Source: Nemertoderma westbladi
Taxonomy: Eukaryota > Animalia > Xenacoelomorpha
Direction: 5' to 3'
Assembly: GCA_032718475.1 (NCBI GenBank)
Contig: JAUCBJ010006555.1
Span: forward strand, 1-41,661
DNA length: 41,661 nucleotides
Position numbers and translations under genes: made by a program. Below the pieces are notes generated by a model. That model worked only from the letters and a program-made list of their open reading frames with translations. It did not search any database and was not told the origin of the DNA. Of the stretch, positions 12,301 to 24,013 are shown piece after piece (position 1 is the first letter of the stretch; the number at the start of each line of letters is the position of its first letter).

Positions 12301-13522
12301 TTAATCTTAAGAGTATTCCCAACAAGGATTGGAGTAAGTTGGGTCCCGGCAACAACTCAGAGTTAAGGGATTGGCCCATGTAAAGGGCGGAGCCGTCAAA
12401 TACTACCCGGACTTCGTTGGGTTTACCGGGTTTGGGAACGTAATGATGTGTTAGATAATACGTTCTCTCAGTTATGGGTGTTTCTTCCAGTACTCGCTCT
12501 GCGTATCCCTTGTCGATAAATTTCTTCAGCTGCGTCTTAAACATCTCTTTAGCTGAAGCATTGGCCGTAAGACGCCGATGTAGTTGTGCGATTCTCTTCT
12601 CCGCTAAGGGTCGGTTATTTATAAAGTTGGGTTCTCGCCGTCGGAACGGAAGACCAATCTCATATCGACCTTGATCTTTAAGAAAACGGGTAGTCGTTTC
12701 CTGAATCTGCTTGGCTCTCTCCTCCTCGACGGAAAGGGCCTTGTCGTAGGAATTAGGCTCTATTGCTTCTTGAGTAAAGAATCGTACGGCGTGTTCATCA
12801 CGAATCTTATTGTTGTATCAATCTATCACCTCGTTTAATTCGTCGTTGTAGTCGAATTGTCCGCCATGATTGATGAGATGGCACAGGTTCACTTGGTTTC
12901 GCCAAGTTTCATTTTCAGTGAGGAGGTCGATTGTATTTTCCTCGTCGAATAATTGGTTAATATCGTCATTATCTGAGGAGTATGGTGTTCCCTCAGTTGT
13001 GGTCTCTCCCTCACTGATTTCTTCTTCTCATTCACTCACCTGATGTACCTTGTCGTTAGGTAGTCTTTCCATGAGTGTTCTACGGGAAGGTCCAGTGAAG
13101 TACCAACCTACTCTCATTCTTCCCGCATATGTTTGTAATGGTTGCGGTCGAGCAGGCTGTTTTTCTAATGTCTCAAGCGCCTCATGCGCAGTTTGGCCGA
13201 TCAATATCTGCACCCCTGGGTAGTCGGTGTTGAATCTAGGGATATCATGCTGCTGGGTAAAATGGTCTTCATCCCAGTTGTAAGGTTCTACTTGGCTGGT
13301 AGCAAAGTTCTTTATCGCCACCATTTTTACTGACCTTATGCTATGTTCTCCTAGTTCATCCTGGGGAGTGGACAACGCGCCTACATAGTAGTCTGTGGCT
13401 ACTGTGGATTTCCAAACCTACATAATTCCTGAAAAGTTCAATGTAGTTCGGAACTTGGGTTGTCCAGCAAAGATGTCTTCGGCTAGTTCTTTGTCGATGA
13501 ATGTTCCTGTGCTGCCGGAGTC
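9310..13522 (-). pseudogene. pol: BEL pol (protease, RT, RNase H, integrase), disrupted
   Basis: PR ALL/DSGSTGTFI frameshifted at ~13523; stops at 13418-13420 and 13028-13030. RT motifs VRVVFDGS, SLNSELLPGPNLL, DIEGMFLQV; frameshift ~12045 and YMNN in place of YxDD. RNase H LHVFGDTS/WTD. IN HHCC plus GVDLFGP, SDKG, WERL; C-terminal GDMVL..W..GRI..DGLVR at ~9320-9420. Confidence 0.95.
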
Positions 13523-16500
13523 AGGAGGGCGTTCACTATAAAACTCTTATCTAGCCCGTGGACTCTCAGCTGCACTACTGGGAATTCCCGAATTCCGACG
13601 TTGGAAGTTGGCGCTTTCCAAGATGGTTGTCGGTCCGGAATAGTCGGTTGCGCTTCGTTATCGGTTTCAGTCTCATACGTAAGCGCTCTATACACTGCTG
13701 TGTTGATCATATAACAGGATTCATTTTTGTCGAAGAATTCATCCGTGTAGAATCCTTCCAACTCCGAACTGTGGTCGGTGTCGTTCACATCACTGAATTG
13801 GACATGTAGTTCGGGCTCACTTACCTGACTCGTACGGGTTCTGTCAAATTCTGTGTGCAGCAAGATGTTATGTTTTGCGCCGCACTTAGCACACCTCGCA
13901 TCTGAGTAACAGGTCCGCCGTTGGTGTCCTCGTCTGAGGCAATTATAACACAACCGCTTATCCCACATGACATCACGTCTATCCTTAAGGGATTTCTTCA
14001 AGAATTCATCACATCCACTTAAGCGATGGGGCCCGTCGCACAATGCACATTTTGGTTTGATGTTACTTACTTTAACCTGTGTTGTGTTGTGCACACTTGT
14101 TCTTTCCTCTGGCTTTCTTCCATGAATTATCTTAGGAGACGTAGGAGGAGTTGTTGTTACCTGTTCTCTCCTGTCACTGGTTCGAGGCTTAAATTTACTT
14201 ACGTCTTTACGGGTTTTGTTGACATAATAAGATCTTTCGGTGTCTTTCCCGCTGTTCTCCTCGTGGGAGGTCTGGCTTTCGCCGTCGTCTGTATAACACA
14301 CTGGTGTTACCTTTCTCCTAGAAACGGGTTTTTCACTCACCTTATTTTCCGGTGTCTTCTCTCAGGACTGCTTTAGGAGCTGTAATCTTACCTCTCCATT
14401 TAAGAATGACATGAGATCAGCCATGGTAGGGTCTCTTTGTTGCTGGTCCATCATATAGAGAACTCTTTTATCCCAACGAGTACCTACTCCACCCTTTGGC
14501 AAAGTAGATGCTACGGCTCCAATAACCATGGAACTCTGATATTCATGAGACTTACCTAACCAATCTAATTGTCTACAGATCTCCTGAATCTCATCGGAAA
14601 ACTCTATAATCCCGCTGCTAATGAACTTTCGGGGCGCTACCAATTTTGCATACAAATACCTAGCTATGTTATTCCTATTACCATACCTGATGTTTAGTGT
14701 ATCCCAAACTTGTCTTAATCCATCTGGATGTCCAATAAACTTTAACGCCATTAACTTGGGAGATCCTTCCAAGCACTCGATGAGGAATCTAAGTTTCTCT
14801 CTGTTAGATAGCACAGAGTTCTGTATGTTATCTTTATAATATTCATTAAAAGGTAACCATTTCATCTCATCTCCATTGAACTTGACAATCTCTCCCACTT
14901 TTACCGGTTGACGGGCTTCGGTTCTAGCCATTTGATGCGTAAAGCTTTCTTGGGCCATCGTATTATTTAATATCGAGTTATCGGTATATAAATTTCTCGG
15001 ATTAGGATCAGGTCTATATGGAATATCATTATCAACAGGTTTATAATTACCCTTAATAGGGTTCACTATAGGAGTTTCTACTTCACTAGCAGTATAGATG
15101 CGTGTAGGCTCCACACCTTGCGCATGAAATACTTCAGACCTAACAGGTTGACACATTGTTACAGGGGGTGGTGGTATACCCAATTGTATATTTACTAATT
15201 TGTCGCGTTCTAACGCGATACTCTGCTGCACTTCTTGCAACTCTAACCTACCCTCTCTTACTGTTCCCTTTAACTGCTGAACAGTCCCTTCCAACTCCCG
15301 GACCTGCTGGGAGGAACATATCCGATGTTCCTTCAGCTGCCCGAGCAGGAGACCCATCTCCTGCCGTCCCTCATCCACCCACTCTACCGCCGAAGCGGGA
15401 GCCGCCAACATAGTAGCGGGTAGACAAGGGACGACGGACGACAAATCGTTGATGTCTTGCTTGGCGTCCAGGACCGGGATTGATTCAGGGGCTATTCTAC
15501 TGGGCACAGGTAGTTTAGTACTGTGCAAAGGGAATTTGGAGTTAAGTTCTGGAAGTACAGGGGTCTCTATCACAGAGGGAGTGGCTTCGATAATAGGCCT
15601 AATTATTTCAGGCTCATCTACTATAGTAGGGAGTCTTTCTACTCTAATAATTTGGTCTGTAGGCTCAGGATTACTTAAATCTACACTAGCTAGTTGCCTT
15701 CTCACGGCTGGAGGCAAATCAGGCAATTTCTGCCGGTGCAGCGCCCTTCTACGTCCGCTGGAACGAGATTTATTTCCTCTACCTTCAGGATCTGTTGTAT
15801 CGCCTTCATCAGAGGATGTAAATCCCTGTCTCTTGGGAGTAGATCGACTTAGCAGCTGCATCTGAGTAGCTGTTCTCTGTTTATTTAAGTAATCTTGCTT
15901 CACTTGAAGCTTTTCCAACTCTAGTTGGGCTGTCTCTTCAGATGCCTTCCGTTCTGCTTCTACCACTGCCTCTGCCACTTTTCTTTCAGCTTCTGCAGCT
16001 GCCGCTTTTCTTTCTGCCTCTGCCGCTGCCGCTGCCGCTTTTCTTTCAACTTCTGCCGCTGCCGCTGCCGCTGCCGCTTTTCTTTCAACTTCTGCCGCTG
16101 CCACTGCCGCTTTTCTTTCAACTTCTGCCGCTGCCGCTTTTCTTTCAGCCTCTGCCGCTGCCGCTGCCGCTTTTCTTTCAACTTCTGCCGCTGCCGCTGT
16201 TGCTGCCTTTCTATCTTCTATTTGTTTTTTCTTTAGTTGTTCTTCCTGTTCCATAGCGATGAGGATGCTTTCATCAAATTTAGCCTGCTCCGCGGCTAAT
16301 ATTTCCGCATCTAACGAGTCCAACACAAATTTGGCTCCCTCACTATTAGGATGAAGTCCAGCTAGCCATCTCCTTAGCTCTTTGTCCCCTATAAATCGTT
16401 GATAGTCCGACAGATAGATGTCAATAGCGTCTTTCTTCTGAGGTTTTTCGGATGTAACTTCGCTTTCCACCTGAGAAAAGGTAGCATCTGTTGAGTCTCC

Positions 16501-17385
16501 GTGGGTCATGCGCTCGGTTAGCTGAGTTTTCCATTGTGTCGTTCCTTGGACTTTAAGACTCATCCGTTGGAACCAAGTCTTTACAGCCACTTGCAACGAC
16601 GTGTCTTGGCTCCTCTTCGAGGCTTCCTCAAAGGCCAAAAGGATTTGTCTGATTCTTAAAATTCGTTCTCGAACTTGATAAAGCAGCTCTCCCTGCTCTT
16701 GAGGTCCTTGACGTTGTTGAAACAGGTGTTCCTCTAAGCGCTCCAAAGAGCTGAAGAATCCCTGTACATATCCTGCTGCCGACCTCTTCCACACAGCTGG
16801 ATCTCGAGTATCCTTTACTACTCCCATCCTGTATAAGTCCTCCCAGGCAGCTTCCGATAAGTTAAACGGGAGTCCGGGTCCGGGGAAGTTCCATTGCGTC
16901 TCGACAATAGACTTGAGTTCCTCCATTGTGTATCCCGCATAACTGTCCTTGGTCGATCGCTTACTTCTCGCCCAATCGATTTGATGTTCTTCCACAGCGA
17001 TCAATACTCTAGTGAGTACGGCTCCAGGAAGAATTAGAAGTGGATCTGAGTAAACCGCTTCTGCCATCTTTGCTCCGATCTCGGGTGTCAACTCTACAGT
17101 GTCTGAACTGCTAGAGTTATCGGGCCGTTGAGAAATAAGTTCTCGGTTCTGGTGCTGCTGCTGTTTAACAGCTGCCTCTTGGTCCCGCTTGACTTGAGCC
17201 CTAGTGCCTATGATAGACCGATGGTGCTTGACTAGCCTAGGGTCTGATACTACTACTGGAGGGATGACCTTTCTTACAGTAGGAGGGGACTTGGACTTCG
17301 ATCTCAGATGTTCTATACTTGTATCAGACTCACAGACTGTTCTTTCTAGGAGACTATCTGACAGTGTTTGCTTTGTGTCAGCCAT
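13483..17385 (-). pseudogene. gag: BEL gag with very long N-terminal region, interrupted by one in-frame TGA
   Basis: ORFs 17385-14362 and 14340-13483 share a frame across TGA 14362-14364. DUF1759-like KFNGDEMKWLPF...EKLRFLIECLEG; three Zn knuckles CALCDGPH, CYNCLRRGH, CAKCGAKH. Confidence 0.92.
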
Positions 17386-17520
17386 GTTTGATTGTACAGT
17401 TGAATGCCTACTACTATAACGACAGTTAAAGCAAGTCTAGTAATTCAGTATCCACTGTAAGCCTAGTAATTAATTACCGATACTGTTACTCAGTGTAACA
17501 TGATATATATAATATATTAA

Positions 17521-17770
17521 AATACCGGTATACACTTATAGTATATATATAAGTATTATTACAGACTAGGATTAATCACAGAATACCGGTATATAATTTC
17601 AGCCTAAATTTATATAAATATATATAATAAGCCTACTGTGAATACCGGTATACACCTATAGTAGATATAAGTATTATTATAGTCTAGGATTAGTTACAAA
17701 ATACCGGTATATAATTTCAGCCTAAATTTATAGAAATAAATATAATAAGCCTATTGTAAATACCGGTAAT
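17521..17770. repeat. ~120-bp tandem repeat (two ~60-bp subunits) in the BEL 5' leader
   Basis: AATACCGGTA recurs at about 17521, 17582, 17641, 17700, 17759 with alternating downstream sequence. Confidence 0.85.
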
Positions 17771-19264
17771 GTCAATTATTTTATAATAACTGAATTTCTG
17801 AATTTTAGGGTCACTTTGCTTTACTTTATTACTGTTATTAAGCAGTAGTCCAACTGATATTAAGACCTAATTGATGTATAACAGGCCTACTATTTTATAA
17901 ATCGGTCAGAGTTGATTTATAATATATTATGTACCCGTACAAGGGTTTTTGTCAATATTTGAAATAAATGTTATTATTTCTGGATAAGGAGTCACTACAC
18001 AGAAGCTGCACGCTCTCAGTGGAGTGCTACCTGTTAGACACTAAAACAAATAATTCTACTTTACTAAGTTACTTATTACTACAAATTACTTACATACAGT
18101 TTGAGATTACAATCTCTAAATAAACACCAAAAGTTACACGTACAAATTTTAGGGTAATTTTACAAGAAATCTACAAACCAGCCTAACAAGGAGTTAGAAT
18201 TTCTGGTTACTACAAACGGACAGGAATCTACGGTATTTGAAAACAATAAAGCAGTAGTAAGTAAATTGCGTTGTCTGGATAAGAAAATACCACCGTCTGA
18301 CGACTTATAGTCTTAAACTATAAGTACTACGTTATGGACCCGGAGTGTCCTTACCTAGAAGTTAATTACCGCAGCCAACCAGAGCTAACGTGCCTATTAA
18401 CCACTTTACAACACAAATATACTGCCTACACACTAATTACTTTCGGAAAGCACTGTACACTAAACCCTAAATTAGGTACAAGTACTTATACAACAAATAA
18501 CCAGCAGTTAAATATACTTGCACATCCAAAAGAACCACGGTATCTGCTGGAGTGACCAGAGCACAAAATCACTAGTCTTTACCTACGCCAAGCAGCCCTG
18601 ATGTAGTACCGGGGTTAATTTAACTATAACGGTATGTATAACAAGCACAATTACTGTAGGAATAAACTTGGGGTATGTAGGTTGCGAATACTCGCATATA
18701 CTCTGAATAATAAATATTACGGTACCCGTGCAGACTATACAAACAAAATACAGACCAAATGCTGGCAGACTACTGGCAAGCCTAAATAAACTACAGTATA
18801 TGCAGACTCCGAAATGGTTAGTTAGTATGCGTTCTAACCGAGTAGTACGACTTATTCTTTCGGGGGGGATTTACCTTACAGCACTGGATGCCCCCACCTT
18901 CCTAACTAGTACTTTATCGGACATACACTCTACACACACTGCAATCTCTTCAGACCTAACAACAGCCAGACAACCTACAAATTATCTGTACAATTTGAGC
19001 GGGCTTACACGCCTTCTACTCAATATTACACTTACAGATAAATAAAACTGACAGAAATAAGTAAAATCCCAATAAAAAACCAGGGCGGCCATCCCTGATT
19101 AAATATCAAGACCTACTGGTATATAATTATCAAACTCGAATAATACTGCTGTACCTGTAAGTACCGGTTCGGGTAGTTGGGCAGTTAGGCCTACAGCTTA
19201 CCGTTCGACCGGTTCCTTCGACTTTATTGCCTACGGTGCAATAAAGAAACTAAAAATCTATTAT

Positions 19265-20428
19265 TGTTCGCGCTTTCAGACCTTTAGCAGTTTAACCTGC
19301 CAATTTTAGGTGTCCTCTTGTTTATAAATCGACTTTAGCCTATAACAAGTATTTAGTGCACATGAAGTTACATTAGCCGAAGCCAGTCTATGCGCGATCA
19401 TTCACCCACTGTTAAGGGAGACTGGATTCGGGTGCTTTGAAAGTTATTGCGGTGCAGACCTACTGTTTTATTCGATTGATCGTTACTATATAATCTCTGA
19501 CAAATATATTTACTTTCGGGGAAATATTAACAGTTCCTTTAGGACGTGGCGCTTTAAGTATAAAAACAGAGTTATGACTTATACTAATCACAACTAGATG
19601 GCTACTGAGTTTCGTAAAAAGTGCATTCTTTAGGAGATGCTTTATTAACCTTCACACTACTCCACACGACTTCACACTACTTCACACTACTGCGCACTGA
19701 TCTGCCGACCGTCACTGAATTTGATCATATATAAGGAGGATAGCAACTGACACATGTAGGGATTATGAAATAGCATTTAATTCACACAAAAACCACTATA
19801 ATGTAAGTCGCAGTTGCTACAGGTAACCGGTCCCTCTTACCTTCAGTAATCAAGAAGATTGAGGGTTTTATGATTATTTATCGGTATTCTCCAAATATAA
19901 CAGCATCCATCAATATACAACAATTAATAACAGACAGTAAACAGAAGTAAAATAGTGCGGTGAATAGGATTTTCCCATAGTCAGCAATGTTTCAGGTGGT
20001 ATGGTCATATAATAGATTTACGTTCTTGTAATCAAAGCCATCTAATGTTTGGCCAAAGTCTGAAACTTCTACAGAAGTACAGAAGAATTCTAAGCCGGTG
20101 TTCTGAGGCTCAGAAAAGGTAAACAAAGACCGTAATGCATTGCGCGGTTTTCCGTAGGCCCTTGTCCAACATAAAATGAAAATCGCTCTGATTGGCTGAG
20201 CAGAACAAAGAAAGGTTCCACGTTTACAGTAAATCAGCTGACAGATTTCGTCATCTGAGCTCCAGTCTTTTAGAGTATTAGGCGCATTGCGGCAAAAAAT
20301 GACTTGTTATGTCCGATAAAGCACCTACACGGTACATTGCGGAGAAAAATGATTTGTTATGTCCGCTAAAGCACCTACACGGTATATTGCGGAGAAAATG
20401 ACTTGTTATGTCCGCAAAAGCTTTTACA
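19265..20428 (-). repeat. BEL 5' LTR (1164 bp, uninterrupted)
   Basis: TGTTCGCG...CTTTTACA. Candidate CCAAT (~20190), TATA-like (~19730) and AATAAA (~19641-19646) occur in that order on the minus strand. Confidence 0.96.
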
Positions 20429-20789
20429 AAGCCCGCCTCTATAACCTGCTCCTTTCCATCAATTGGTAAAGCGATTATTTATTGTTTGGGTTATAAAAGC
20501 CTGTCTATGTTACCTGCTCCTTTTTCCTTATTTTCCTTACGTAACAGTTTATTGTTTTGGTTAGAAAAGCCCCATCTGTAACCTGCTCGTTTCCCCCAAT
20601 TGGTAAAGGAATCGTTTATTCTTATTGGCCTATATACAGTACAACTGTTTTTTTTAGATTCTTGTAGAATATATGAATATAACAGTATCTGTAGGCGATT
20701 CGGGTAGTTACAGTATTGTACAAAAAAGTTACTAGGGGCCTATACTAATAATTTATAATTGATTATGGAAACTGAAGCAGAGTGGCTGG

Positions 20790-21710
20790 ACCTATTAAAT
20801 AATAGGGTTTTCGAGGTCGCTGATCACGATAAAAACTTGTTAAAAATATTTTCTGGAAAAGCAACCATCATTTTTGGTGCTATTTTGGTCCCCCAGTTTG
20901 AAAAGTCTAAGTAAAAAAATGTCAGACTAAAAACGTTTGTGTTTGGTTTCATAATTCTGAATCTGAACGTATACTTTACGGGTTTTCGAGGTTGCTGATC
21001 ACGATGAAACTAGTTATAAATATTTCTGGTAATGTAAACCCTATGGTGCCATTCTAGTGCCCCAGAACGAAAATTACAAGTAGCACAAAATTATAAACTG
21101 TGAAATGTTGGCTTTGGTTTGGTAATTCTGAAGCTATACTGGTTTTAAAGGTGGCTTATCATGATACAACTCGTTAAAAAATAGTCGTGGTAACGCAAAT
21201 GTCATTTTTGGTGCTTGTATGGTGGGACGAAAAATACAAGAAGCATAAAATTTCAAACGGCAAAAATCGAATTTGGTTGGATAATAAGATATTTTTGAGT
21301 GTCATATTCGTTATCAGCGTCCCAGAAAACCCATAATGTCTAAAAATCATGTCGATTTGATAATGATTATTGATTATCAAATTTGTGCTAGGCCTACTTA
21401 TTTTTCTAGCCGCATATTGACACATCGAAAAAATTGTTATGATTCGTGATCAACATTCCAAAAAACCCATATGGTCATAAAATCAATTTGATTTTGTGGT
21501 GATTTTTCATTATCATATTTGCACAACTTGTTTTTTTTGTGCCCCAAGTGGGCACATTCAAAATTACCAAATATTTCCTAGTATGTTATATTTCAGTTCA
21601 ATATTCGTGATCAGTGTCCAAAAAAAGCGCCATATACCCCAAAGAAAATTAATTTTAGTTAATTATAAAAACTTTTGAAAATTTTAGCACGAAACATACT
21701 GGAGATTGCG
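20790..21710. mobile_element. Dispersed non-coding repeat (DNA-transposon-like) with internal GGGTTTTCGAGGTCGCTGATCACGA modules
   Basis: Reverse-complement homology to ~32941-33830 (e.g. 21661-21708 vs 32941-32990; 20805-20830 vs 33768-33793). Confidence 0.7.
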
Positions 21711-21925
21711 GTGCCAGAAAGGGACCACAGCAAAAAATTAAAATTGATGCTAGAAAAGGGAACTGCGTTTTTATTTTTTGTTTTTATTTAAACACTGATA
21801 ACTTTTTAACGAAAAACGATATGAAAAAACGTGTTCGCTATTTGGAAAGCCCAGAAAATTCGGCATCTAATAGGCCTAAAAACGCAAAATCGACCATGTG
21901 GTCCCTTTTCTCGCAACCAGCGAAT
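21700..21925. mobile_element. Possible small MITE
   Basis: AGAAAGGGACCACA (~21716-21729) is inverted relative to TGTGGTCCCTTTTCT (~21897-21911). No TSD established. Confidence 0.35.
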
Positions 21926-22749
21926 GTTGTTGGAATGTTTTGGCATAGGCATGGTGAAATAAACTGTCTGACAGTCCAGAAATCATTAGTCAAAGAAATG
22001 CATACATTAAAAATCGCAATCCAACTACTCGTAACCAGTGCGTACCATGTCGCTTATTTTATGTAATAATTATTAAATTTGCTTTGCATTACATTACACT
22101 ACAGTAGGTAATTCTGTTTAGATATGCTTCTGATTGTTTTGTGTATCTGTATATGTTTTGTGTATCCTCTGCATTAGTACCTATGCTTTATTGGTTGGCC
22201 GTAAACTCTTAAACATTTACTGTATGCTGTAGGTATAATTACTGTACGTATGTATTGCCATGACCCTTATTGTGATAAAGGCTAATCTGAATAAAAAAAC
22301 ATCATTCTGCGGACAACAAAAGTCATTATGCAGAAATCGTAAAAATTTGCGGACAAAATTTCAAAAGAACGGACACAAAAAATCACTGCTCCTATTTTAT
22401 GGCAGTGATTTTTTATGTCCTTTTATTTGACTTTTTTTGTCATTTTTTTTTACGAATTATGCATAATGACTTTTGTTGTCCTTTTAATGACTTTTATTGT
22501 CCTTTTAATGACTTTTTATGTATGTATTTCTTCAAACTGTCAGACTGCTGATTTCTGGACTGTCAGACAGTTGATTTCACTATGCCTGTGCCAAAACATT
22601 CCATGATTCCATGATTTATAGACTATGAGATAGATTTCCATATGCGCCTGTGGTAAAAAGACTCTATATTTAATAGTTTGTGTTTGTTGTTGATAATCGA
22701 TTACCACATGACGTAGCAAAACACTCATTTTATAGCCAAAAACAATTAC

Positions 22750-23400
22750 CAATTGATGGAAAGGAGCAGGTTAATGCCGAGTTTTCTAACCAAAACAATA
22801 AACAGTCACTTTACCAAATCAGGGAAAGGAGCAGGTTTACAGAGACGGGATTTTCTAACCAAAACAATAAACGATCACTTAACTAATTGAGGGAAAGGAG
22901 CAGGTTACAGAGGCGGGATTTTCTAACCAAAACAATAAACGATCACTTAACTTATTGAGGGAAAGGAGCAGGTTACAGAGGCGGGATTTTCTAACCAAAA
23001 CAATAAACGATCATTTAACTAATTGAGGGAAAGGGACAGGTTACAGAGGCGGAATTTTCTAACCAAAACAATAAACGATCATTTAACTAATTGAGGGAAC
23101 GGGGCAGGTTACAGAGGCGGGATTTTCAAACCAAAACAATAAACGATCATTTAACTAATTGAGGGAAAGGAGCAGGTTACAGAGACGGGATTTTCTAACC
23201 AAAACAATAAACGATAACATTACCAATTGAGAGAAAGGAGCAGGTTGCAGAGGCGGGATTTTCTAACCAAAACAATAAACGATAACCTATTACCAATTGA
23301 GGGAAAGGAGCAGGTTGCAGAGGCGGGATTATCTAACCAAAACAATAAACGATCATTTAACTAATTGAGGGAAAAGGGGCAGGTTACAGAGGCGGGCCTT
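22750..23400 (-). repeat. 68-bp tandem array, right arm (~9-10 units, inverted relative to 2545-5229)
   Basis: AAAACAATAAACGATCA... at period 68 (22861, 22929); reverse complement of the left-arm unit. Confidence 0.95.
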
Positions 23401-24013
23401 CTGTGCTGTTGGAAGTAGTGGTACCGCTATCCGTAACACTACTCAGACAGTAGTCATGATCCATTATTGATTATAAAACTAATACAGTAAGGCCTAAATT
23501 ATGTGAAAGGTATATCCACATTTTCCACAATCCTGCAATCCAGTTTGGCCTATCAATTATTTAAAATTTATTAGCACAACCGGTAGGCCTACCATTACCG
23601 TATTTAAATGGTAGGCTACACAGTAGGCCTATAGCAGTACCGGTGCCGGTACCGGTACTAAAATACAGAAATACCTGCTTTATACCTACATCTGTACATA
23701 CAATACAGCAAAATAGTGCTATATATACTAATACCGGTACTGATAGCCTGAGAGAACAGCAGTAGAGAAACCGGTAGCATGGAACCTAACATTAGACTTT
23801 TAGAGGACATAAAAAATAAAAAAAAAAAGGACAAAAAAAGGATTTAAACGGACAATAAAAATTATTGCGCTATTTTATTCTATGCAGTTTCCGGGGGTTA
23901 GTGTCCATGCAGCCATGTCCAACTCCAGGGCAGGTGCTTACAGTTCTACTGTAGTCTACTGTAGTTCATTAACTACAGTATAGGCTAGGCCAATGCTGCA
24001 ATGCCAACCTACC

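Larger units (their letters stand above)
5230..20428 (-). mobile_element. Full-length but inactivated BEL/Pao LTR retrotransposon
   Basis: Two TG...CA LTRs and 5-bp TSD AAGCC (5225-5229, 20429-20433). Domain order Gag (three Zn knuckles)-PR-RT-RNase H-IN with Pao motifs (FDPLG, NPADIASRG, APWWGGSWERL). Confidence 0.97.
1702..23897. mobile_element. Large imperfect palindrome (Foldback-like element or inverted dimer of a TIR family), centre ~22395
   Basis: Mirror-ordered inverted modules: 1702-1715/23884-23897; ~2190-2360/23401-23620; the 68-bp arrays; 21931-22020/22510-22603; ~22300-22389/22402-22490. Confidence 0.6.

Noticed and set aside
13515-13530. Programmed gag-pol frameshift
   Set aside because: The shift falls inside the protease active-site motif (LL/DSG) with no slippery heptamer, consistent with a 1-bp deletion.
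14341-14364. Programmed read-through at the gag TGA
   Set aside because: BEL elements normally encode one polyprotein, the stop precedes the Zn knuckles, and many other lesions exist; a point mutation (e.g. CGA to TGA) is simpler.
15925-16256. Cys/Arg- and Leu/Pro-repeat ORFs
   Set aside because: Antisense or alternative frames of the Gag alanine repeat.
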